From the NCBI GenBank assembly GCA_000165345.1, contig CM000434.1:1120001-1184000 (forward strand): a stretch of DNA of 64,000 nucleotides. The letters are read 5' to 3'. The notes under the pieces are model-generated. The model saw nothing but the letters and a program-made list of their open reading frames with translations. It had not been told where the DNA came from and did no database searches. Both the position numbers and the translations under genes were made by a program. Shown here in pieces: positions 30,604 through 41,968 of this stretch. How positions within the stretch are numbered: position 1 is the first letter of the stretch; each line of letters begins with the position of its first letter.

Positions 30604-33600
30604 TCATGAATCTAACCTACCAAATTCATTTTCTTCAACATCTCTTGCTTCTCTTGAAACCCCAATTTCCTTTTCTTCATCATCATCCTTTTCTTCCTCT
30701 AAATCTTTAGAAGATGATTGAGCCTGGTTTACCTTTTCTTTAATTGCAGTGATAGAAACTGGGATTATTGAGGCTGCTCCATCTGATGAAGATACTTGAA
30801 TCTGGCCTTTGAAGGTTTGATCTTCAAAAGTTGAGGGAATTACAGCTTTCCAACCAACTTTGTAAATCATTTGAGCTCTTTGTAAAGGAGGAACAATTGT
30901 CTCACTAAGTTGAAACCAAGGAACCTTTGGATTCTCTGGATACAATTCTATTGAAAATTCTGATGTAGGAAACTTTTCAGTACATGGTATTCCAACTCCT
31001 AAAGATATTAATATAGAAATTAGTTAGTTAATTCTGTTTCTCTATTATTTAAAAAAAAACTTAATATAACTTACCTCTTATCCCATCAATACTTTCCCAT
31101 CCAAGCATTGTTGAAGATGAAATTCTACTAATTGCCAAACTTCCTTTCTCTGAGGATGAAATTCCTCTAGAATCTTCTAAATCCTCCCAGGGAATACTCA
31201 AATAATTGAATTTCACTGATCCATTACTGTTCAACACACATTGAAATGTTGCTGATTTTGAATTGTATTGTTCAGATTTTAGAAATACATTTCTCCATTC
31301 TATTACAAACTCCCACCTCCTTTTCTTCCCCTCTTCCTTTTCTTCTCCATCATCCTCTTCTTCATACTCTAGTCTTTCCTCTCTTCTATATCTACTACCA
31401 ACTCCACTACCAAATCCTCCTCCAAAATCTTCCTCATCTTCTTCAGTCTTTAAGAATGTCACAATTTTCGTATTCTCTCTTCTTCCTCTTGTTGTGAAAT
31501 CTGTCCATAAAGGGGCTAAAATACCATGAGGAGGAGCATATGAGGGTAATGCTGGTACAAATGCTTCACTATATATTGGACTGAAAGAAATAAATCCATT
31601 TACTGAGACATAAATCTCGTCAATCTTCTCCCCAAGAAAGTACCAACTTCTTGGAAGATTTACTTTTTGCACTCCATCATCTGAGTTAGATAAGTCTGTG
31701 AGAATTGTTTCTTGATTAATTCCAATATTTACCCAATCAAACTTTACATTAGCCTTGGGTAAAATCACATCATCTAAAGATACATATAACTTATTTTTAC
31801 CTTCTTCAGAATCCATTCCTTCTAATCTATGAATAATCCTCTTCTTAGAAGGAAGATTCTCTCCAGAAAGAACCATCTTAAAGTAAGATTTTGATGGAGA
31901 TAGATCTTTAATAGAAGTATTACTTCTTGAATAGTCTTTTCTTTTACTTTCTCTTTCAAATCCTGTTGAACTTGGATCTCTTAAAGACTTAAATCTTAAG
32001 TAAATTCTAGGCTTAAATGAATTCTCTAATCCTTTAAATAATATAAAACCAGAAATTGTTGTTTCTGGAATTCTGATTACTCTATTAATTGAAGGAGGAC
32101 GAATTTCTATTCCATATCCTTTACAATAAAGTTTGATTGCAAGTCTTTCAGTTCCAACTGGGAATGAACTTGATGAAGATGATGACAAGATATAGTTACT
32201 GTTTGGGGATATAATATTATTTGATAGAGTATTTATTATTGATGATGTCTCTGTAAATAAGTTACTTCTTACATATGGTATCTTTGTAGACTTGGCTGAT
32301 ATCTTATTTGATGAAAATGAAGAAGATGAAGATGACATTCCTCCTTTGTTATATCTCAACATTAAATGACCACTTATAAATCCTTCTAAAGAGTGTGGAA
32401 TACAACTCACTTGAAGATCCTTGTTTGTCTGATCCTCACCTACTGTTAAAATGGTACCCAATGGTGGATATACTTTAAACTTTCCTTTTCTTTTAGATCC
32501 TAATTCTCCTTCCATATTGACAAATTCAACCATATATTCTAAGGTACCAATACCTGAATTAGAAATTGGAATCAATGTTTTTGTTCCTTCTAATCCCATA
32601 AAAGATAATCCAAGATTTGTACTATTTCCATTTGGTAAAATCGCTTTTGGTTTTGGAATACTAACAACATTAATTATTGTTTTAAGCCTACCTTGAGCCA
32701 AAGTAACTTCACGATCATTAGAATCCACTAGCTTGACAACCAAAGTGGATGTAAAAGATCCAGGCTTCTCCCCAAAAGCTTTAAGTTTAAGTATTGAACT
32801 TGATTGAGGTCCTATAGTATCAGGAGCTTTAAAAGTGATCCAAGAGGTACCAATTCTAGGAAATTCTTTACCATTTTCTTGGTTATAAGCTTCCTGACTC
32901 ATCATTTGAACAGCTCTATGAATATTTAATGTCCCAGAGGTACGAACAGAATTTCTTAATGTTGTAAGTACTGTTACTGATCTTAATATAAGCGTTTTTG
33001 CTTGATCAAAAGTCATACTTGGATCAAAAGCATATAATAAAGCTGCAGCTCCTGAAACAAATGGACATGCCATAGAAGTCCCTGATAACCTCTTATAACC
33101 TTTATTGGCACTAGTAGATAATATATCTACTCCTGGAGCTGCCATATCTACACTTCTATGACCATAATTTGAAAAGACACCAAGTCTTCCATGTATATCA
33201 ATTGCAGCTACAGATAATACATTTGGAAGCTGGTAAGCTGATGGATAAGTTGGTCTAATATCATTATTATTTCTATCATTACCTGCTGCAACAACAAAGA
33301 GCATGTTCTTATCAATACTCCTCTTAATAGCATCATATGTAGCCTGGGAAAATGATCCTCCTCCCCAACTGTTAGATAAAATATTAGCTCCCATCTTAAT
33401 AGCATAGTTAATAGCTTTAACACTATCACTTAGAAAACCAACTCCATTTCCTCTTAGAAACTTAAGAGCCATAATTTTAACTCCCTTCCAGTTAATCCCA
33501 GAAATACCTTCATGATTATTCCCTTTTGCTGCAATAGTACCTGCACAATGTGTACCATGTCCTTCATCATCAACTGGTGCTCCTCTATTATTTGCAAAAT

Positions 33601-34654
33601 CATAGCCATATATATCATCAACATAACCATTCATATCATCATCAACTCCTGGTCTTCCATATAACTCTTTTTCATTAACCCACATATTCTCAACCAAATC
33701 TGGATGAGTATAATCTACACCAGTATCTATAACAGCAACAATTACTTCCCTTTTTGGATGGTTTTCAGGAGTATAATATACTCCAGATCCTTTAGATACG
33801 GATGTATTAATACCTAAATGTTTCCATGCCATCAAAACTTTTGAGTCAGTGTTTGCAACTCTATTATACATTCCCCATTGTTCAGAGAATTTGGGATCAT
33901 TTGGATATATTGCTCCAGAATCTGAACTAATTCCAAAATCTGCAAGCCTAACTTCCTGATCTGGTTCAACATATTCAACTTCATCACTATGTAAAAAACT
34001 TGCAGAAAGTTTTGAAATATATTCAGATGCTTTAGAATTGTTAAATACTTCAACAATCATCATATCTAATGCTTCGAGAACTGTAGCAGATTTGATTCCA
34101 ACAAGCTCATCAGCAGATTCTGATAAAGCTGAAACAACTCTTGTTAAGAATGCTACACCATCTAATTTAGGATATTGACCATTTTTTGACATAATTCCTG
34201 CAACTTTCAACTCTTTGACAGCTTTACTTAAGACTTTTTCCTTATACTTAATAATAAGCCTTCCTGGAATAACTTTAGATCTCCTTCCTTGACCTCTAGA
34301 GACTTTTTCTGAATTAAATTCTTGATTTGAATCCTTTTCTTGGTAATAATAATCATCTTCATCATCCATATTACCCATTTCTGAGAATTCTCCAAGGATA
34401 TGTTCTTGTTCATAATCTTCTTCTGGAGGTTTTTGTTGTTTCATAATATATGGACTAAATACTTTCTCAACAACTTGTACTTCAGGAGTTGCTGATTGGT
34501 CTGCAGGGTTTTTTATAACTAACTCTAAATCAGAGCTCCGACCTTCAACTACATTAATTGAAATTGAGCTGGTATTGAATATATTACAAATAACCCTTTT
34601 TTGAAAAAATACCAATAAATATGGCAACAACTTGAAAATATTTACCTTTTTCAT
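30604..34654 (-). CDS. SUB1: Subtilisin-like serine protease (SUB1-like subtilase), two exons (34654..31075 and 30998..30604)
   Basis: The catalytic triad motifs are VAVIDTGVDYTHPDL (Asp), HGTHCAGTIAA (His) and GTSMACPFVSGAAALL (Ser), with a signal-anchor-like N-terminus. The track ORF 31061..34654 runs into a GTAAGT donor (31074..31069) after ...SIDGIR, phase 1. A 76-nt intron follows. The acceptor CTTTAG has its AG at 31000..30999. Exon 2 is G-VGIPCTEKFPTSEFSIELYPENPKVPWFQLSETIV... and contains the track ORF 30604..30945, whose M is a TTG. The spliced product is about 1324 aa. Confidence 0.8.
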
Positions 34655-35003
34655 TTTGTTAGGCTGAATTGAATCCTCTTTCTTTTGATGTTATTTGAGA
34701 TAAATGTATTTGACTTTTCTCCTCCTTTACTATTTTTCTTTAGATTTCAATTCACTTTCCTTTAGAACTTTAGCTTATCATTATTCAATTTCTGACTTAT
34801 TTCTACTTATTTTTGTAGAATTTTCAATTTAAAAATTCTACAACTGATCGTACTATTTCTCTACTAACTTTTTCTACTGAAATTCTAAACTTATTTTCAA
34901 TTCTTCCTTTTAATTCCTGGAAAAAATTTTCCCTTTGACTATTTTTGTCAAAATTCTACATTTTTTACGCACCTGTGTCTTTTTGCATGTTTACCATTTT
35001 TTT

Positions 35004-35120
35004 CATCCACATGCTCGAATACGATTTTGCATGTATACCGGTATGCAAATTTTTTTTAAGAATTAAAATAATTTTTTGTAATACCGGTACCGCCCCACAT
35101 TTGGGCGGGAATTTCCCGAG
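35004..35120. promoter_or_regulatory. Divergent promoter block between SUB1 and PRP19: composite module (CATCCACATG, TTTTGCATGTATACCGGTATGCAAAT, ATACCGGTACC) plus the near-palindromic E2F-like box TTTGGGCGGGAATTTCCCGAG
   Basis: The motifs lie at 35004..35014, 35025..35050, 35081..35096 and 35100..35120. Confidence 0.45.
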
Positions 35121-35472
35121 TCAAAAATAATATAGAAAAGATTGGAGATCAAAAAGTGGAACAAAAGGAAAATTTTGAAAAAAAACAAAACGTTGAATAG
35201 CAAGTATAAAGATTTGGGAAGGAAAAGAAAGGTTGATTAAAAGGAAAGGGAGAAAAGTTTAGAGAATTTGAGCAGGAGTTTTTTTTGTTGTTATTGGGAA
35301 AACAGTTTGTTTTAGCAGAAGTTAAGATTTTGTTACCATAAAGTACTATTTTAAGGATTTAAGAACTTAACAAATATTGCGTTTATTATTGAAAGCTTGA
35401 AATCTTAGCCAAGCTATACAAAATAAGTTGCTTTTTTTTCTTTTTTTCCAGGTTTCTATAAACTTGATAATT

Positions 35473-37131
35473 ATGTCATTAATTTGCTCAATTTCAGGAA
35501 CTACTCCTGAAGATCCTGTGATCTCAAAGACAGGATATATCTTTGAAAAAAGACTCATAGAGGAGTACATAAGATGCAATAATAGCTGTCCAATCACAAA
35601 GAGTGAGCTTTCTTTGGATGATTTGATTCAAGTTAAGTCCAAAAGTAATTTAAAGCCAAGATTGATTAAAAATACAAGTATTCCAGGTATTCTTGACTCC
35701 CTTAGAACAGAATGGGATGCAATGGCAATGGAGATGTTCCAGCTTAGATCTGAGCTTGAACAGACCAAATCACAACTGACTCATAGTCTTTATCAACATG
35801 ATGCTGCTTGTAGAGTGATTGCCAGAATTACTAGAGAAAAAGACCAAGCCATTAGTAGGTTAGCTGAAATCCAGAATAGTATTCTTGAGAAGGATGAAGA
35901 TAATATTACTAGTCTTCAAAGTGTAGGAGGTAAAAGGATTAGAGCAGAAGATAATTTCGTTAATATCCCAGAAGACGTTATAGACCTTTTTACTGAATAT
36001 TCGGATAAAATGCGACCAATTCGAAAAAAACAGTCATTCCCAGACCTTATACCTGCTGAACAAGTCAAAGAATTTTCATTAAAGAGTGAAATAAAACTCA
36101 AAGAGAACTGTAACATAGAGGTTGGAGTAGCTTTCAATGACGAAATTTACGTCTCTGGAATGGAAAATGGCGAGATTCTTGTATCAAGCATAGAATTTGA
36201 TAGAAATGAGATATCTTCTATCCCTATAAGTTATCCACAAAATTGTGAACAAGCCGTTTCTATTTTCGCCATCGAAAAATATTCAGGAAGTCAATACTCA
36301 TCTAAAAATACTAGCCAGCTCCTCTCCTCCTTAAATGTTCTTGCTTGCTTTCAAAACTCAAATAAGATTCATATATTCTCTAGAAACCAAGAAGATGATG
36401 AATCTTTTAACTTATCGCTCATGGATTTTAACTCTTCTTTTGAATCAAACATCATTATCAACTCACTCGAAAAACACCCTTTAGGAATGCATATAATTGC
36501 AAATTCTTCAAATAAAGGCCTATTTTCCATGTTTGATCTGGAATCCAGAAAACAACTTTTCCTACATCAACTTGAACAAAATAATTCATATTCACAACTC
36601 AAACCACATCCTGATGGCCTTATTCTTGGAGGAATTGTACCCAATGGGAATATTGTTGATATATGGGATATTAGAAATCTAGAGAAAATTTCATCCCTTG
36701 AACACCCCACGAAAAATAATAATATTGACCATAACGACCCAAATATTAGCAGAAACTCCAGCCTTTGCTTCTCAAATAATGGATACTATTTGCTTTCTAC
36801 CTCCCTTGACAATAAAATCCACCTTTGGGATCTTAGAAAATCTGCTATTCTTGATTCTCTTGAACTATCCACACTCCCTAACAATTCTAACCTGATTTTA
36901 CAAATTGATGAAAGTGGAAAATATGCCTCCTGCTTTAGCAAAAACCATTTCTCCATTTTCTCACTCTTCAATAAACACAAACTACAACTTATCTCATCCT
37001 TGTCCAATTTCTCTAATAGAAATAATAATAATAATCTCCCAGACAATATCCACCATATTCACTTCAACCAAAATCTTAATTCATTCTCCTCATTATGCCA
37101 CAGTGGAATTATTCGTATGTGGACAAATTAA
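35473..37131 (+). CDS. PRP19: Pre-mRNA-processing factor 19 (PRP19/PSO4): U-box E3 ligase plus coiled coil plus WD40
   Basis: The track start at 35428 is TTG; the first ATG is at 35473. The N-terminus MSLICSISGTTPEDPVISKTGYIFEKRLIEEYIRCNNSCPITKSELSLDDLIQVK matches the PRP19 U-box ([32 protein letters not shown]...). The C-terminal half has WD-like repeats (IWDIRN, HLWDLRK). Confidence 0.85.
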   Translation: MSLICSISGTTPEDPVISKTGYIFEKRLIEEYIRCNNSCPITKSELSLDDLIQVKSKSNLKPRLIKNTSIPGILDSLRTEWDAMAMEMFQLRSELEQTKSQLTHSLYQHDAACRVIARITREKDQAISRLAEIQNSILEKDEDNITSLQSVGGKRIRAEDNFVNIPEDVIDLFTEYSDKMRPIRKKQSFPDLIPAEQVKEFSLKSEIKLKENCNIEVGVAFNDEIYVSGMENGEILVSSIEFDRNEISSIPISYPQNCEQAVSIFAIEKYSGSQYSSKNTSQLLSSLNVLACFQNSNKIHIFSRNQEDDESFNLSLMDFNSSFESNIIINSLEKHPLGMHIIANSSNKGLFSMFDLESRKQLFLHQLEQNNSYSQLKPHPDGLILGGIVPNGNIVDIWDIRNLEKISSLEHPTKNNNIDHNDPNISRNSSLCFSNNGYYLLSTSLDNKIHLWDLRKSAILDSLELSTLPNNSNLILQIDESGKYASCFSKNHFSIFSLFNKHKLQLISSLSNFSNRNNNNNLPDNIHHIHFNQNLNSFSSLCHSGIIRMWTN

Positions 37132-37144
37132 TCACACGTAATGA

Positions 37145-37203
37145 AACACCGGTATATGCTTGCATGCAGAAAAATTTGCAATGCATGCATTTTATAATAT
37201 ATA
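37145..37203. promoter_or_regulatory. Composite module (CACACGTAAT, CACCGGTAT, GCTTGCATGCAG, CAATGCATGCA) in the tail-to-tail gap between PRP19 and the DDX21-like helicase; the GTGGACAAAT element overlaps the PRP19 stop codon (37127..37139)
   Basis: The sequence is atcacacgtaatgaaacaccggtatatgcttgcatgcagaaaaatttgcaatgcatgcattt. Confidence 0.4.
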
Positions 37204-37329
37204 AAGAAACAAAATTAACAAATCAAATAAGCAAGAAAAGTAAGAAAAAAAAATTACCAAAGAAAAAACTAGATAGAAACTCTAAATATCTTTTTTTGTA
37301 ATTATTAATTTCTAAAATACTTCATTCAT

Positions 37330-39477
37330 TTAAAAACGCCTTCCTCCCCTTGAGAACCCACCTCTGGAACCCATTGAGCCAGAGCCTCCTCCTCTGGAAC
37401 CCATTGAGCCAGAACCTCCGCCTCTCGAACCTCCTGATTGTCTATATCCAACCTTGTTTGAAATATGTTGGCTGTTCATTCTGCCATTATGGCCAAAATC
37501 AGCATTATTATCAGTAACTGGTATTGATAACTCTGGTAAATTACTTGTAGCTGGAATAATCTGGAAGAAGCCTGAACCGTTATTATTCTTTGGAGTAAAG
37601 TTAGAAATTGCACTCTCCCACTGCCTAATTGAGCCCAGTGGAACATCAAAAACTGCACCATCTCCTTTCTTTAACAACGTCATACATTGTATTCTTTCTA
37701 TTAAACCCTCACAACCTCTTAAATTGCTCTTAAGACATCTCCATACGTAACTATTACTTGCAATTGGCTCTTTAAGCCTATTAAAAGTAATCATATAGCT
37801 CTTAAAATCTTCTCTACCATTCAATACTGAGCGATGAGGAATCTTCTTTAGATCATTATTTATACCTGTTAACTCTAATAAACAATGACTTAAAGCTCTT
37901 ACAGCACAATCCGGAATCTCTGGCATATCATCATCCATATCATTATCATTGATATTTGACTCAGCTTCAGTCTCCTCATCATCAGAATTACCTAATCTAT
38001 TCCTTTTTCTAGATGCCTTACCTGTTAGCTTTCTCCATAAACCTTGAATGATATGCTTAGCAGGATCTCTAACGCAATCCAACATTGCTGAGGGTATATC
38101 TTTTTCTAATAGATCCTTACCTATAGAATCAGCAGTCTTTTGTAAAATCTCTTCATATTGAGGTACACCAATTCTTTGAAAACTTATCTTACTTGCCTTC
38201 TCAATGCTTGATAAGAATGGATAATCTGACATATTACAAAACATTATAGCAGTTCCGAACTTTCCTGCTCTTCCTGTTCTTCCTGATCTATGTATATAAG
38301 TATCAATATCACGTGGAGGAGCTAATTGTATTACTACTGCAACATCATCAATATGTAATCCTCTTGCTGCAACATCTGTTGCTACTAAACAACGATACCT
38401 TCCTTCTTTAAAAGCTTGTAAAGCTATTTCTCTTTGATTTTGTTGTATATCACCATGTAATACCTGACACATCTTACTAATCTCACTTCTCATAGCTATT
38501 TCATTAGCTGTTTGCTTTGTTTCTGTAAATATAATACATTTTCCATTAATTCCCGCATACATTGTTATAATATCTCCTAATAAACCAGTTCTTTGAGGAT
38601 ATGCACACTGTATTGCCAAATGCCTAATCCTACTTCTGGCTGCTGCCTCATCCTCCTCCTCTCCATGAATTGAAATATGAGTCACGTCTACTGTAACAGT
38701 ATCACTTGACATAATCTCAGTTAAAATATTCTTTACCCATGGAGGCACAGTAGCACTGAATAGTAATACTTGAAATTTATTTTGTCTACTATGTGTTTCT
38801 CCATCTCCCGTTTCTTTTCTGACGCAGTCAATAATCTTATCAACAGTCTCTTTAAATCCCATCTCCAACATCTTATCAGCCTCATCCAATGTTAGCACTG
38901 ATATTTTACTAACATTTAAAATACCACGCTCAATAAAATCTAAAACTCTTCCTGGACATCCTACAACAATATCAACTCCCTTCTTTATTTCCTGAATTTG
39001 AGGATATTCAGGAGAACCACCATATACGCTACAAACTTTATACCTATCCTTTCCCTTCATTAACTCAAATTCATTTGATACCTGTTGTGCTAATTCTCTT
39101 GTTGGAAGTAAAACTAAAACTAACGGACGCCTACCATGCTTATTTGGATCAAATTTACCCTTCTTTAACAGTCTCTCAATGACTGGAAGAACAAATGCCA
39201 ATGTCTTACCTGTCCCAGTTTTCGCTTTCCCTAATACATCCTTCTTACCATATATAGACTCGAATGACTGAGCCTGAATAGGAAATAATCTCTCAATACC
39301 TCTACTCCTCAAAATCTCCCTACTCTCATCGCTTAATGGGAACCTATCTATTGAGCCATCTACCTCACTCTCCAACTTTCTTTTCTTATGATCCATATTG
39401 CTTTCCTTTTTCTTTGTTCTTCCTGTCAATAATGACATAACCACTACTATCCCGTCCTTAAGAGTCATAAGCGCCAC
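37330..39477 (-). CDS. DEAD-box RNA helicase, DDX21/DDX50 (Gu)-like, with a GUCT-type C-terminal domain and an RGG/GS-repeat tail
   Basis: 715 aa. Motif I is AKTGTGKTLAFVLP, II DEADKMLEMGF, III SAT and VI HRSGRTGRAG. The C-terminus reads GGSRGGGSGSMGSRGGGSGSMGSRGGFSRGGRRF. The ATG at 39477 directly abuts an E2F-like box (39479..39491), so the true start may be a downstream in-frame ATG (M4, M14 or M27). Confidence 0.8.
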   Translation of the reverse strand: MALMTLKDGIVVVMSLLTGRTKKKESNMDHKKRKLESEVDGSIDRFPLSDESREILRSRGIERLFPIQAQSFESIYGKKDVLGKAKTGTGKTLAFVLPVIERLLKKGKFDPNKHGRRPLVLVLLPTRELAQQVSNEFELMKGKDRYKVCSVYGGSPEYPQIQEIKKGVDIVVGCPGRVLDFIERGILNVSKISVLTLDEADKMLEMGFKETVDKIIDCVRKETGDGETHSRQNKFQVLLFSATVPPWVKNILTEIMSSDTVTVDVTHISIHGEEEDEAAARSRIRHLAIQCAYPQRTGLLGDIITMYAGINGKCIIFTETKQTANEIAMRSEISKMCQVLHGDIQQNQREIALQAFKEGRYRCLVATDVAARGLHIDDVAVVIQLAPPRDIDTYIHRSGRTGRAGKFGTAIMFCNMSDYPFLSSIEKASKISFQRIGVPQYEEILQKTADSIGKDLLEKDIPSAMLDCVRDPAKHIIQGLWRKLTGKASRKRNRLGNSDDEETEAESNINDNDMDDDMPEIPDCAVRALSHCLLELTGINNDLKKIPHRSVLNGREDFKSYMITFNRLKEPIASNSYVWRCLKSNLRGCEGLIERIQCMTLLKKGDGAVFDVPLGSIRQWESAISNFTPKNNNGSGFFQIIPATSNLPELSIPVTDNNADFGHNGRMNSQHISNKVGYRQSGGSRGGGSGSMGSRGGGSGSMGSRGGFSRGGRRF
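37361..37435. repeat. 30-nt tandem coding repeat (2.5 copies) encoding the RGGGSGSMGS units of the helicase C-terminus
   Basis: The repeat cctctggaacccattgagccagagcctcct occurs in two copies plus a partial third on the + strand. Confidence 0.7.
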
Positions 39478-39696
39478 ATTTTCCCGCCCAATTTTCTGAT
39501 GTGCCGGCTTATGGCCACCGGCACTAATTTTTAAGGATGAAAATTTTCAAAATAATAAATATATAGTAAAATTATGTATTATCTAGTAAAATAGAGGTAT
39601 ATATTATATTGACTCACTAAATGTATGTGTATATATATATACATATGTATATATACATTTATTTCTAATCCTCAATGAGTTTCTTGACATTGTTCA

Positions 39697-41391
39697 TTAA
39701 AGCTCACTTAGAAATGAAATGATACTTGATTCTGAACAATTATCATCCTCAATTGGCTGCTTTCTATTAATGTAGATCTCCTCCTTCCCAATTGAATAGT
39801 AAGCGCCATTTTCAAAAGTATTTTCATTCTGTAGGACTTTACTGTTATTTTGGTAATATTGAGCTTGATTGATTACCTGGTCGTCATCAATATTATCTGA
39901 GAGGTACTGAATCTTCTCTAGAATAGATTGGTGATCTTTGGAAGCTTGAGTTAAAACTTTCATAGTTTCTTTTACTAATTCTGAATAATTTGGGGGAATA
40001 TTTTCGGCCAATTCTTGATAGGAAATATTTTCATTGTTAGTAAAATCATTCTGGACTGTATTTGAACCTTGTAAAGAATTTAAATCCACAGATTTTGAAT
40101 GTGATTGTGATTGTGACAAGATGAAAGGAGAATTTGAATTGTTGTTGCTTACACATTGACTGTTATTAGCCGTAATAATTCCAGAAGATGCTGTTGTTGC
40201 TATTGTTAATGGATTATTATTTATCAAAGAATCATTATTCTCAAATAATCTTAAATTAGATGAATGATTTTCTTGATTCCTTCTTCCTGGATTAATTTCT
40301 TCCATTTCAGAAGTATCCAATTTTTGGTTTTCGCCTAAAATTACTGGAACAAATGATTGAATTTCCGTTGTAATTCTTCCAGTATGAACAGGATGGTTTT
40401 GTTGTCCCTTGATTGAATGATGATTTTTCTTTATCATCTTGTTCTTCTCAAATTTATTCACCAAGTTTGTTAATGCCGTTAACTGTATTCTCACAGAAGA
40501 TTCAAAATCTGAAATCTTACTAGTAATAAAATCTTCCACTTTTTTACCTGCAATATAGTATTCATAATACTTCTTATTATTTGAATTTTGATCCTGTAAT
40601 TCCTTAATGCTATTATTATTACTCTTAATAATGCGATTTAATTCCCATATCTCATCATTTAATAAGATATTCTTTTTTTGTAACTCATCAATTTCTGCAT
40701 TATATTTCTTACATAAACTATCAATTTCGTGAGATAACTTTTCTTCACGCATACTGAAACGTTTTCTCTCATTTTCTTCTTTTCTTTGTTTTTCTCTCAA
40801 TTCACGTAATTCATATTCGTTTGCCTTATTCTTGGCTTTCAAACTAGCAACTTCACCAGAAAGTTCGTCTCTTTCCAAATTAACATTTTGATAATTCATT
40901 TCCAACTGTTCAATTCTTAATAATCGTTCATCCAACTGATTCTTTAAATTCATTATTGTACTTTCATAACTTTCTATGTATGTTCCATTATTGATCGAAT
41001 CTTCACCTGAATCCATGATTGTTGACTCTAAGAACTTCCTTAAGGAAGCTTTTGATTCACTTGTTCGGCCTTTCCAAACCTCTACCTGCTTTTGTGTATG
41101 TTGTAATTCCATTTTAAGTGTTTCAATTTCATTACTTAGAGCACTTGAAATTTTCTGACTATCCATCGCTAATTTCTTTTTCTCTTTTTTTAAAGCCCTA
41201 TCACTTTCCTGTAAAAGCTCAATCTCATCTCTGGATGCACTTAATGCCATTTCTAAAGATTCAATCTCACTTTTTTGGTTTGTAATGATATGAGCTGCAT
41301 TCTCCAACTCTGAAACTATCTCTTTGAAGTGGCTTTCTGTCAAGTTTATGCATTTTTGACCTGTTTTAGTTACTTTACATGAATTTTTCAT
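39697..41391 (-). CDS. Hypothetical coiled-coil protein
   Basis: 564 aa. The N-terminal 300 aa are heptad-rich (LEMALSASRDEIELLQESDRALKKEKKKL...), and the C-terminus is N/S-rich and low-complexity. Confidence 0.45.
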   Translation of the reverse strand: MKNSCKVTKTGQKCINLTESHFKEIVSELENAAHIITNQKSEIESLEMALSASRDEIELLQESDRALKKEKKKLAMDSQKISSALSNEIETLKMELQHTQKQVEVWKGRTSESKASLRKFLESTIMDSGEDSINNGTYIESYESTIMNLKNQLDERLLRIEQLEMNYQNVNLERDELSGEVASLKAKNKANEYELRELREKQRKEENERKRFSMREEKLSHEIDSLCKKYNAEIDELQKKNILLNDEIWELNRIIKSNNNSIKELQDQNSNNKKYYEYYIAGKKVEDFITSKISDFESSVRIQLTALTNLVNKFEKNKMIKKNHHSIKGQQNHPVHTGRITTEIQSFVPVILGENQKLDTSEMEEINPGRRNQENHSSNLRLFENNDSLINNNPLTIATTASSGIITANNSQCVSNNNSNSPFILSQSQSHSKSVDLNSLQGSNTVQNDFTNNENISYQELAENIPPNYSELVKETMKVLTQASKDHQSILEKIQYLSDNIDDDQVINQAQYYQNNSKVLQNENTFENGAYYSIGKEEIYINRKQPIEDDNCSESSIISFLSEL

Positions 41392-41968
41392 GGTTTCTCA
41401 CTTTATTTCATACAATTCTTCACTTTCAATTTAAAGCCTTAGTTTGAGCATTTCGTTCCTTTCCTAACTTAATCACTCAATGATTTTAATTGTCCATTCT
41501 ACATATATTTTTTTATACCTGATTGTTACCTTTTTAATTCTTAATAATTATTTTTTCCCTTTTTTATATTTTTTATTCCAATTTATTTTCATGTGGTCAA
41601 TAAAAACCTACACGTATAATATACTTTACGTACTCGCTTACATGCAGCAGGCTTATGCAGAGGGGCAAAATTGAATTTTTGAATATTCAATAATTGAAAT
41701 TAATAAGAATTTGCCAATTATTTAGGGATTTAAAGTTTAATTAGTCGGTTTTGTTGGCTTTTTTAATTTAAAGGATTATTATTGAAGTAAGAACAATAGA
41801 ACGTCCATAAATTATCTTGATTGCTTTCTTTAGCCAAACATTTTATTAAAATCAATAAATAATTAAGTATGGAATGCTTATATATATGAATAGATTGTTC
41901 ATTTGAACTAAAATTATCTCTGAGAATGCTGAAATATATTAGAATTACTTAGTCAAACACTGAAATGC

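Noticed and set aside
25504-35428. Track M residues at 25504, 26028, 29454, 30945, 35428, and likewise at 3495, 8727, 12959, 17698 and 58756
   Set aside because: These positions are TTG or GTG codons, not ATG. I replaced them with the first in-frame ATG or with a splice acceptor, as appropriate.
39610-39665. TA/TG dinucleotide-rich stretch (tgtatatatatatacatatgtatatatacattt)
   Set aside because: A simple AT-rich low-complexity sequence in the 3' region of the coiled-coil gene. It is not a structured repeat family.
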